Source: a virus (Duplodnaviria; Caudoviricetes). From it: a stretch of 41,004 nucleotides of DNA. Position 1 is the stretch's first letter. Each line of letters opens with the position of its first letter. The stretch spans positions 1 to 41,004 of the IMG/VR virus record IMGVR_UViG_3300003406_000169; one strand, given 5' to 3'. Below are positions 1 to 7,102 of this stretch, piece after piece. The notes under the pieces were generated by a model. It searched no databases and was not told where the DNA came from. It was given only the letters and a program-made list of their open reading frames with translations. Made by a program: the position numbers and the translations under genes.

Positions 1-228
1 ATGAAACTTTCAAACGCAGCAATAACGGCTATTGAAGCGGAAAGGAAAACAATACTTGCATTGGCTTTGGTACTGGATCGTTCTGAACAATGGATGCGTA
101 GGGTATTGGAGAATAATAAAGAAAACGGGCCCCTCACCACAATTGCGGCACTCAAATGCATAAGGGATCATACCGGATTGACGGATGATCAGCTTCTACA
201 AGCTGACCAATTACCAATAGCGGTTTAG
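1..228 (+). CDS. Small putative HTH transcriptional regulator (Cro-like)
   Basis: 75 aa helical protein with HTH-like segment LALVLDRSEQWMRRVL; first gene of the rightward early operon. Confidence 0.4.
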   Translation: MKLSNAAITAIEAERKTILALALVLDRSEQWMRRVLENNKENGPLTTIAALKCIRDHTGLTDDQLLQADQLPIAV

Positions 229-299
229 TGCATCGTAAAAATACGGTGTAGAAATACGATTTCATAACCCTATTCAATTAATTACCAAAGGATAAACGT

Positions 300-497
300 A
301 TGCCGCGCCCCATAACCCTTAAAACAATCCAGGAGCATCATGAGTGTGTTTGTGGCCGTAATGATGTTGAAATCCACCAGCAGCGATTAAGATGGAGGGA
401 CTTGAAAGGATACACGGTAATGAGATGTAAAACGAGCGGTATGCGATTTTGGTTCATCAAAATATTTTATTCAACCTGTAACTGTAACGAAATATGA
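300..497 (+). CDS. Small Cys-rich hypothetical protein (possible Zn-binding)
   Basis: 65 aa; CxC and further Cys; overlaps the next ORF by ATGA. Confidence 0.45.
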   Translation: MPRPITLKTIQEHHECVCGRNDVEIHQQRLRWRDLKGYTVMRCKTSGMRFWFIKIFYSTCNCNEI

Positions 498-733
498 AAA
501 CATTCCCAGGCGTAGAAAAGTTAACCCCCGATGAATTAAAAGTAGTTGGGCAGCTTGAAAAAGTTGATAGTAAATCCGTGTTTGGAATTATGATCAACAA
601 TGTAATGGCCAAACCTCACCCTGTTATTATTCGACAGCTTATTTCAGATATTAAAAGCCAATGCCATGATGCTCCCGATGTAGTGGCCGCCATGCTTGGT
701 TACAAAACTTTTCTTTCAATTGTTAAACTGTAA
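494..733 (+). CDS. Hypothetical phage protein
   Basis: 79 aa ORF tightly packed with its neighbours. Confidence 0.55.
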   Translation: MKTFPGVEKLTPDELKVVGQLEKVDSKSVFGIMINNVMAKPHPVIIRQLISDIKSQCHDAPDVVAAMLGYKTFLSIVKL

Positions 734-735
734 AA

Positions 736-1041
736 ATGCCTGTTCAGATAAATATTTCAGAATCTACTATTCAGGCCGCTATTATTGAAGGCGTTCGGCT
801 GGCTATTGCTCCAATGTTGCCACGAGTAGCTGAAGGCTTGATTGCAGCAATGCCTGTGCAGGAACCTAAAGAAACAGCCGCGCCGGGTGCAAAGAGAATA
901 CTGCAGGAAAAAGGATACCGCGTCAAAAGTCACCGAAGCTTAATGAAAATACTAACGGAAAATGGAGTTACCGGCCGCAAACGGGGGGGGGAGTGGTGGT
1001 TTCCGGTGCAGGATATAAAGCTGATTGATTCTAAACGATAA
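736..1041 (+). CDS. Putative winged-helix DNA-binding protein (excisionase-like)
   Basis: C-terminal helix followed by GRKRGGEWWF wing, resembling Xis/MerR-type HTH. Confidence 0.4.
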   Translation: MPVQINISESTIQAAIIEGVRLAIAPMLPRVAEGLIAAMPVQEPKETAAPGAKRILQEKGYRVKSHRSLMKILTENGVTGRKRGGEWWFPVQDIKLIDSKR

Positions 1042-1253
1042 AGATTTAATTGTTTATGGATGTATCTTTTTTATGGAATATAGTGGCAGCAATATTTGTG
1101 TATATAATTTTTCGGGCAGTGTGCAGGGAAGAGGATTATTAAATATTTAAGGACGGTTATAAGCCTCACCGCTGGCTTTAAATAGCGGTAGTTCTTTACA
1201 GTGCATATATGTTAGCAAAAAGCCGGCATCCCGTACAAGTTTGTCCGGTAAAT

Positions 1254-1362
1254 AAGGAGGTGGCGAAATTGGTAAGCTCACGCAGACGCAGGAGACGTAA
1301 ATCGCATAGTGTTTCCGCTGGATGATGCAACCAGCGTCCGGGTTCGAATCCCGGTCTCCTTA
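1254..1362 (+). ncRNA. Atypical tRNA-like element (class II-like cloverleaf, anticodon not assignable)
   Basis: Acceptor AAGGAGG (1254-1260)/TCTCCTT (1355-1361); TGGCGAAATTGGTA D-arm start; perfect T-arm CCGGG-TTCGAAT-CCCGG (1338-1354); variable arm GCTGG..CCAGC; enlarged D and anticodon loops; no encoded CCA. Confidence 0.6.
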
Positions 1363-1410
1363 CGATACCGGTTCTGGTATCATCTTTCTCAAGGGTTTAG
1401 GGTTGAACAA

Positions 1411-1440
1411 AGCCCCGACATTCTTGCCGGGGCTATTTTT
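1411..1440 (+). terminator. Putative intrinsic terminator after the tRNA-like element
   Basis: Stem AGCCCCG/CGGGGCT followed by ATTTTT. Confidence 0.5.
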
Positions 1441-1461
1441 AAAAACCAAAAATGAAACATC

Positions 1462-1659
1462 ATGGCGACTGATGATTTTTTGAAAAGAGAATTTGTAATA
1501 AAAATTGCTTTGGGAGTAATGACGGCAATGATTGATAAAGACCGGTCTTTTGATCTTGGTGAAGGTGTGGTATTTGCCGCCGGTCTTGCCTGGGATGAGC
1601 TGCATAAAGATAAACCACCGGCCGTAGCGGATGTGCAAATGAAACTGGTTAGCGCTTAA
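1462..1659 (+). CDS. Hypothetical phage protein
   Basis: 65 aa ORF with A-rich upstream region. Confidence 0.5.
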   Translation: MATDDFLKREFVIKIALGVMTAMIDKDRSFDLGEGVVFAAGLAWDELHKDKPPAVADVQMKLVSA

Positions 1660-1677
1660 TTTAAAACCACCTATATC

Positions 1678-1833
1678 ATGGCAGCAGAAATTAAATCCGG
1701 AAAAGTAAAAATTGAATTTTCCCTTTCGGCCTCACTTAAAAAGAAAATTTCAAAGCAGGCAAAAAAGCAAAATGTTTCAGTTTCCCAGCTTATGCGGGAT
1801 ATTTCACAGCAGTATCTTAAGAAAGGAAAATAA
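1678..1833 (+). CDS. Ribbon-helix-helix (CopG/Arc-like) DNA-binding protein, not in the ORF track
   Basis: Manual translation MAAEIKSGKVKIEFSLSASLKKKISKQAKKQNVSVSQLMRDISQQYLKKGK (51 aa): beta strand KIEFSL, helix, then an SVSQLMR helix typical of RHH. Confidence 0.65.
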   Translation: MAAEIKSGKVKIEFSLSASLKKKISKQAKKQNVSVSQLMRDISQQYLKKGK

Positions 1834-1895
1834 TTTTTAACCGGGAGGGGCTTAAACAAATAGATTAGGATCGCCCCTCCTTTAACTACACTACA

Positions 1896-2516
1896 ATGGG
1901 ATTTGGCGATGGTGGACAAAAGCGTATTTATTGCGGCATCAAAGCGGGCAAAATTGCCCATAGGATTAACGAAAGCACGGTAGAACTTCATCATGATCTA
2001 ACCGGGCAGCTTACGGATGCTTATGTAAAAGCGGATGGCAAGTTTGGACCGGAATTGCATCTCATCATTACAGATTCAACTGATGCGTATCAACTTCAAA
2101 TGCAGTTAAACAGCGGATATGCTCGGGCGTTCCTTTGCATAGCGAAAAATATTGCTCCTGCCAGTCCGGCCACCTTTATACCTACCTATAAAGAAAAGGA
2201 TGGCGTAAAGGAAACTGGAATGATAATAAGGCAGGATGGCTCCGCGCTGAAATGGTTTTTTAAAAATGATACCCCTAATGGTATGCCGGAATTGGTCCCA
2301 TGTAAAATAAGAAACCAGGCAGGGCAATTGGTTGATGGTTGGGATAATACCGAACGGATGAACTTTTTATTGAAGGTGTTAAACGAAGAAGTTCGTCCGC
2401 TGCTTATTCCAGGTAAGGTTGTGCAGCGAAATAGTGCAGTTGAAAATATTCACCATAGTGATGGTTTTACTGACAATATTAACGATCCAGGCGCGCCGGA
2501 TGATTTGCCATTTTAA
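1896..2516 (+). CDS. Putative single-stranded DNA-binding protein
   Basis: Beta-rich body and acidic C-terminal tail ending DDLPF (SSB-type tip); early replication context. Confidence 0.5.
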   Translation: MGFGDGGQKRIYCGIKAGKIAHRINESTVELHHDLTGQLTDAYVKADGKFGPELHLIITDSTDAYQLQMQLNSGYARAFLCIAKNIAPASPATFIPTYKEKDGVKETGMIIRQDGSALKWFFKNDTPNGMPELVPCKIRNQAGQLVDGWDNTERMNFLLKVLNEEVRPLLIPGKVVQRNSAVENIHHSDGFTDNINDPGAPDDLPF

Positions 2517-2528
2517 AACTAATACCCG

Positions 2529-2759
2529 ATGATTACCACATATCCTGTTATCTCCAATAATACCCCCGTGGTAGTTTATGATATGAGTTTGCCTTTTCCC
2601 CAGCGAAAGGATTCAGCTATTGAATTTGACAGTATACGCAAAGCCGGAAGTTACCTGTATGTCTCCCATAAAGTTGCATCTCGCGGAGCAAGATCCAGAA
2701 CGCGTGTGTATAGTGCTACTAAAGGGAAAGAATTTGCCATTCGTTATAAAACAAAATAA
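2529..2759 (+). CDS. Hypothetical protein, possible NUMOD1-like DNA-binding motif
   Basis: EFDSIRKAGSYL segment resembles the F-x-S-I-x-x-A motif. Confidence 0.4.
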   Translation: MITTYPVISNNTPVVVYDMSLPFPQRKDSAIEFDSIRKAGSYLYVSHKVASRGARSRTRVYSATKGKEFAIRYKTK

Positions 2760-2767
2760 TCTTTAAA

Positions 2768-3160
2768 ATGGATACCACTACCAACAGACAGCCAAACACA
2801 CTTGTAAGTCTTGCTACAAAGAAGTCAAAGGAAATAGTTCGTCATGAATTCACAAAGGAGGAACTGATGATCATGAAAGATACTATTGCTCAAAACCTGG
2901 TTAAACTAAAAAAGAAATCCAAAGAGCTGAAGGACTTTAAGGATATCATAAAAGCAGAAACCAAACCCCTTAACCATGAAAACAATGAATTGCTGGAAGA
3001 TGTGGTAACCGGCTTTAAGGATGTTGAAATGGAGGTATTGTTGGTTCCTGACTATGATAATAAGATTATGGAATTCTATAGCGAAGCCACAGGGGCCAAG
3101 GTGGGGGAACGTAGAATGCTGATGAGTGAATTTCAGGCAGAAATTAACTTCCCTCAATAA
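2768..3160 (+). CDS. Hypothetical coiled-coil phage protein
   Basis: 130 aa, Lys/Glu-rich helical ORF in operon. Confidence 0.6.
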   Translation: MDTTTNRQPNTLVSLATKKSKEIVRHEFTKEELMIMKDTIAQNLVKLKKKSKELKDFKDIIKAETKPLNHENNELLEDVVTGFKDVEMEVLLVPDYDNKIMEFYSEATGAKVGERRMLMSEFQAEINFPQ

Positions 3161-3169
3161 ATTTTACAC

Positions 3170-3631
3170 ATGAAACAATTAACAATCAGCGACAAAGAAG
3201 CAAGAAAGATATACCCCTCAGCTATTGCTGAAATAAAAACAATTCTTGAAGGCACATTTGGAAAAGATTTTTTCTCTCAAAAAATTACCGATCGGGTTAA
3301 AGGTTTTGAAGATGCCTGCTTAGAAACCGGGGACGATCCCAATGATAACAGGTTTAAGGAGGGAACTCCTGATGAAATCGCTTACAAAAAGATTAAGGTT
3401 ATTAATAAAGCCCTCAATGAACTGTGGGTTCCTAATTGGAATAATAGCAGCGAGCGTAAATGGTATCCTTGGTTTTACATGGATTCGGCTTCGGGCTTCG
3501 GTCTGGACGGTGCGAATTTCGCTTACGCGTATTCGGACGTCGGCTCCCGCCTTTGCTTTAAAACGGAAGAGCTTGCCAAATATGCAGCTAAGCAATTTGT
3601 GGACATCTATAAAGATTTTTTTACTCTTTAA
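3170..3631 (+). CDS. DGR target protein 1 (contains VR1)
   Basis: Contains a 72-bp repeat of TR differing only at TR adenines; KWYPWF...GSRLC motif; paralog of the next gene. Confidence 0.9.
   Translation: MKQLTISDKEARKIYPSAIAEIKTILEGTFGKDFFSQKITDRVKGFEDACLETGDDPNDNRFKEGTPDEIAYKKIKVINKALNELWVPNWNNSSERKWYPWFYMDSASGFGLDGANFAYAYSDVGSRLCFKTEELAKYAAKQFVDIYKDFFTL
3484..3555 (+). repeat. DGR variable repeat VR1
   Basis: Ungapped alignment to TR 4053-4124; 11 mismatches, all at TR A positions. Confidence 0.95.
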
Positions 3632-3639
3632 TAAAACAT

Positions 3640-4017
3640 ATGGACCTGATTAAAACATTTGAAGAGGCCTGCAATATAAAAGGCTTAGATCCGGAAAAGG
3701 TACTTCCTGATGTATCGGCTTATCCCGTTCAGCATCAAAAGGCCCTGATCGCTACTGCGAAGCTGTTCATTATTAACGATGTATTAAATGAGGGGCACAG
3801 GTTTGATTGGAATAACGATGATGAATATAAGTGGTATCCCTGGTTTGATATGGAGGTAACTGATGACAACCCTTCGGGCTTCGGTCTGGGCGCTGCGGGT
3901 TACGATAACGCGAATTCGTACGTCGGCTCCCGCCTTTGCTATCGGACACGGGATTTGGCAAAATATGCGGGGAAACAATTTGAGGATTTGTATAAGGATT
4001 TGATGGTCGTGTCTTAA
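3640..4017 (+). CDS. DGR target protein 2 (contains VR2)
   Basis: Contains a 67-bp repeat of TR differing only at TR adenines; KWYPWF...GSRLC motif. Confidence 0.9.
   Translation: MDLIKTFEEACNIKGLDPEKVLPDVSAYPVQHQKALIATAKLFIINDVLNEGHRFDWNNDDEYKWYPWFDMEVTDDNPSGFGLGAAGYDNANSYVGSRLCYRTRDLAKYAGKQFEDLYKDLMVVS
3872..3938 (+). repeat. DGR variable repeat VR2
   Basis: Ungapped alignment to TR 4058-4124; 9 mismatches, all at TR A positions. Confidence 0.95.
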
Positions 4018-4052
4018 GTATGTGGGTTGTGCACTTATTGAGCGGTGTTCTT

Positions 4053-4124
4053 TTCAGCTTCGGGCTTCGGTCTGAACGATGCGAATTACGATAACACGAA
4101 TTCGAACGTCAGCTCCCACCTTTG
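4053..4124 (+). repeat. DGR template repeat (TR)
   Basis: Intergenic, AAC/AAT-rich copy of both VRs (17 adenines), between the targets and the RT. Confidence 0.95.
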
Positions 4125-4210
4125 GCAAATTTTTATAAGTGCAAACCTTGCCTCTTGGCAAAAAATGACATTTTTAATATGGGGCATTGGTATCCCGTTA
4201 GGTAGAGAAT

Positions 4211-5197
4211 ATGACCCGTAAAAGAAAAGGCTTAATAATGAAACGATTGAATAATTTATATCAAAAAGTTTGCAGTATTGACAACCTCAATTTAGCGGAT
4301 GAGATTGCCAGGAAAGGAAAAAGCAATCAGTATGGAATTAAAGTACATGATAAAAACAGGTCCAACAACATCATTTCCCTGCAGCAAAGTTTGATCAATA
4401 AAACATTCAAGACTTCAAAATATACTACGTTCAAAGTTTATGAACCCAAGGAGAGGATTGTATTTCGTTTGCCTTATTATCCTGATCGCATATTGCATCA
4501 CGCCATTATGAATGTAATGGAGCCAATATTTGTTTCTGTGTTTTCCGCGGATTCATATAGCTGTATAAAAGGTAAGGGAATACATGGAGCAGCCAGGGCG
4601 GTGAAAAGAGCTTTAGTTGATACCGGCAATACAACTTATTGCCTTAAGATGGACATCCGGAAGTTTTATCCAAGTGTTGATCATGCCATTTTAAAAAATC
4701 TTCTGAGGAGGAAAATCAAGGATAGTGAACTCCTTTGGCTCCTGGATGAAATAATTGATAGTGCGGAAGGCCTGCCAATTGGAAATTACCTTAGTCAGTA
4801 CTTCGCTAATTTTTATCTCACCTATTTTGATCATTGGCTGAAGGAAGTAAAAAGGGTCCAATATTATTTCCGCTACGCGGATGACCTGGTTATTTTTTCG
4901 TCAAATAAGAAGGATCTGCATAATCTGTTGCAGGAAATAAGTATTTACCTACTCCAAAATTTGAAATTAATTGTAAAAGGCAATTGGCAGGTTTTTCCAG
5001 TTGATAGCAGGAGCGTTGACTTTGTTGGGTACCGCTTTTACCATACTCACACATTATTAAGGAAAAACATAAAGAAGAATTTTGCAAGAATGTTAGCTAA
5101 AAGAAAAAATAGAGCATCCATTGCTTCTTATTATGGTTGGGCGAAACATTGCGATAGCAGGCATTTAATGAAAAAGTTACTTAATGAAGCAGTTTAA
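4211..5197 (+). CDS. DGR reverse transcriptase (start may be ATG 4238)
   Basis: RT motifs KMDIRKFYPS, GLPIGNYLSQ (DGR-type GxxxSQ), FRYADD, DFVGY; about 320 aa with no endonuclease or maturase extension. Confidence 0.95.
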   Translation: MTRKRKGLIMKRLNNLYQKVCSIDNLNLADEIARKGKSNQYGIKVHDKNRSNNIISLQQSLINKTFKTSKYTTFKVYEPKERIVFRLPYYPDRILHHAIMNVMEPIFVSVFSADSYSCIKGKGIHGAARAVKRALVDTGNTTYCLKMDIRKFYPSVDHAILKNLLRRKIKDSELLWLLDEIIDSAEGLPIGNYLSQYFANFYLTYFDHWLKEVKRVQYYFRYADDLVIFSSNKKDLHNLLQEISIYLLQNLKLIVKGNWQVFPVDSRSVDFVGYRFYHTHTLLRKNIKKNFARMLAKRKNRASIASYYGWAKHCDSRHLMKKLLNEAV

Positions 5198-5483
5198 AGA
5201 ATTTGGAATAAAAACCATTAGTCAAAGTTTTACCGGGGATAAAATTAAAATTAACAGGATTTTGAATCGCGAAATAGTAGTTCATGATTATCGAATAGAA
5301 CAATCAAAGTTCGCAAAGGGTAATGGAAAGTGCCTCCATATGCAAATTGAACTGGATAGCACTAAACATGTTGTGTTTACGGGTTCTTCTTTTCTTATAG
5401 AAGTTATTCAGCAAATACCAAAACCTGATTTTCCTTTTAAGGCAACCATTGTAGAAGAGAATGAGCATTTTGAATTCAGATAA
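5184..5483 (+). CDS. Small protein overlapping the RT 3' end; candidate DGR accessory factor
   Basis: 99 aa, beta-rich pattern, 14-nt overlap with RT; function inferred only from position. Confidence 0.55.
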   Translation: MKQFKEFGIKTISQSFTGDKIKINRILNREIVVHDYRIEQSKFAKGNGKCLHMQIELDSTKHVVFTGSSFLIEVIQQIPKPDFPFKATIVEENEHFEFR

Positions 5484-5513
5484 TAAATTTTAAACCATCT
5501 TCAAACAAGAAAC

Positions 5514-6212
5514 ATGTCAGAAAAAAATTTTTTCCTTGACGGCGAATCAAAGGAAGTTGTGATAAGGGAGGGGGCTGCTCCTGAAGTTTTCCCTCCCAGG
5601 GCAGTTAAACTTAACGGTAATATTTTTGCGCCGCTTGAATTTGTCACGAAGAGAAAGGTAGAAATACCTGCTAATAAAACCAATGTCGTTTTCGATTATG
5701 ATAAGCTTTCTATAGAATTAACAGTTGATGAGGATGTTCATTTTGCAAGTATTATCACCGGGAAGCTGGAAAAGTTCCCGGACCTCTTAAGCTTTTGTAT
5801 CAACAATCCAAAACGATTTAGTATTGTTGAGTTGTTTAAAGTGCTTCGTCTCAAACGGGCTTATTTTCAAACAAGAGAAGAGCATGCCAGGATATTAAGC
5901 CAATTGCAAAAGTTGGAAGTAAATACCCAGGTTAAATTTACCAGCGCCAACGATTTAAAGGGTAATGCCGCCATTCAAAAACTGGTTGAAGCCAAATCCA
6001 ACCTTGACCTTTCATTTATCCTGAACATTCCAGTATATAAAGGAATTGCCGCAAAAACCTTTGTCGTGGAAATTGATGTAGAGCCAACAGATGGTACTAT
6101 TCTTTGCGGGTTGGTTTCTTCTGATTTGGCAGATATTGAAATTCAACTGCGGGATGAAATTATGACGGCGCAATTAAAGGCGTTCTCTGAGTATGTTGTA
6201 ATTGAAAAGTAA
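5514..6212 (+). CDS. Hypothetical phage protein (possibly DUF2303/YfdQ-like)
   Basis: 232 aa ORF in the early region; family resemblance weak. Confidence 0.5.
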   Translation: MSEKNFFLDGESKEVVIREGAAPEVFPPRAVKLNGNIFAPLEFVTKRKVEIPANKTNVVFDYDKLSIELTVDEDVHFASIITGKLEKFPDLLSFCINNPKRFSIVELFKVLRLKRAYFQTREEHARILSQLQKLEVNTQVKFTSANDLKGNAAIQKLVEAKSNLDLSFILNIPVYKGIAAKTFVVEIDVEPTDGTILCGLVSSDLADIEIQLRDEIMTAQLKAFSEYVVIEK

Positions 6213-6238
6213 AAGTAATTTAATCAGCAACCGGCGGT

Positions 6239-7102
6239 ATGGCAAAAATTGATTTTTGTTTCACTTTTTATGATGGCGATGCGGCAAAGGATGTTGCTCA
6301 CATGAATCGTTTGGAACGCGGCGCTTATTATGACCTTATTTCTGCTCAACGAAAGCGCGGACACCTTTCAAAAGATGATATTAAGAAAGTGTTGGGTGGT
6401 GATTTTGAAATATGTTGGAATGCGATTGAATGGATTTTGGAAAAGGATGCTGAAGGTAGATATTATATAGAATGGCTTGAGAATTCTCTTGAAAAAATGC
6501 GGCGGCATTCAAAAAAGCAAATAGTGAATATCGCACAGCGGTGGAATAATGATAATGCAGATATTGTACCAAAAGAATACCAAAAGAATACCAAACACAT
6601 ACCAAGCCTACAAGATGGTATTACCTCAAACATACCTTTAGAAAATGGAAATGAAAATGAATATGGAGATGAAAATGAAGAGGGAAATGAAATTTTTGGA
6701 AAGTCTGAAAACCTTTTGCCTGAAGTAGAGGAAAATTCCGGAATCGTAGTGCAGATGTTGCAGCTTTACCAGCGAAGATTTCCCCGGTATCCGCCCGATA
6801 AAAGCAAGGATAATCCTGCCTTGCTGCAGATTGCATACAAGATTGCCGATGGATTGCCACTCCCTCGGAGCCATGTTGTTGACAATGATCCGGGCGAACA
6901 TATCAAGCGACGATGGGGCGAAATTCTTGATTTTGCGAAAGCAGATGCATGGTTTAGTACACGGTCCATAAGTGATTTAAACAACGAATGGCAGCGCCTG
7001 AACAACAAAATCCACAGCAATGACATCATTTCAAACCGAACTGGAAAAAACGGAAAAATTGTCCTTGAAACAAACCCAAATGCAGATTTTGGACAGCTAT
7101 AG
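6239..7102 (+). CDS. Phage replication initiator (DUF1376/YdaU-like N-terminus)
   Basis: N-terminal FTFYDGD...MNRLERGAYYDLI motif; internal iteron-like repeats; followed by a loader ATPase. Confidence 0.7.
   Translation: MAKIDFCFTFYDGDAAKDVAHMNRLERGAYYDLISAQRKRGHLSKDDIKKVLGGDFEICWNAIEWILEKDAEGRYYIEWLENSLEKMRRHSKKQIVNIAQRWNNDNADIVPKEYQKNTKHIPSLQDGITSNIPLENGNENEYGDENEEGNEIFGKSENLLPEVEENSGIVVQMLQLYQRRFPRYPPDKSKDNPALLQIAYKIADGLPLPRSHVVDNDPGEHIKRRWGEILDFAKADAWFSTRSISDLNNEWQRLNNKIHSNDIISNRTGKNGKIVLETNPNADFGQL
6567..6692 (+). repeat. Putative replication origin: 11-bp iterons plus purine-rich tract
   Basis: TACCAAAAGAA x2, TACCAAACACA and TACCAAGCCTA at 6567/6578/6589/6600; further TACC in phase at 6622 and 6633; then a GAAAAT-rich tract. 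Confidence 0.6.

Larger units (their letters stand above)
3170..5483 (+). mobile_element. Diversity-generating retroelement cassette (target1-target2-TR-RT-small ORF)
   Basis: TR/VR pairs with adenine-specific mismatches next to a DGR-type RT. Confidence 0.93.

Noticed and set aside
3556-3631. Canonical GC-only IMH tract and downstream DNA hairpin after the VRs
   Set aside because: No convincing hairpin after either VR; similarity downstream of the VRs is explained by protein paralogy.
3484-4124. Three similar repeats as a CRISPR array or simple duplication
   Set aside because: About 70 bp long, irregularly spaced, two lie in coding frames, mismatches are strictly at TR adenines, and there are no cas genes.
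4211-5197. RT as a group II intron, retron or Abi/defence RT
   Set aside because: Short RT with GxxxSQ motif, no maturase or endonuclease domain, and an adjacent TR/VR set with A-specific mismatches identify it as a DGR RT.
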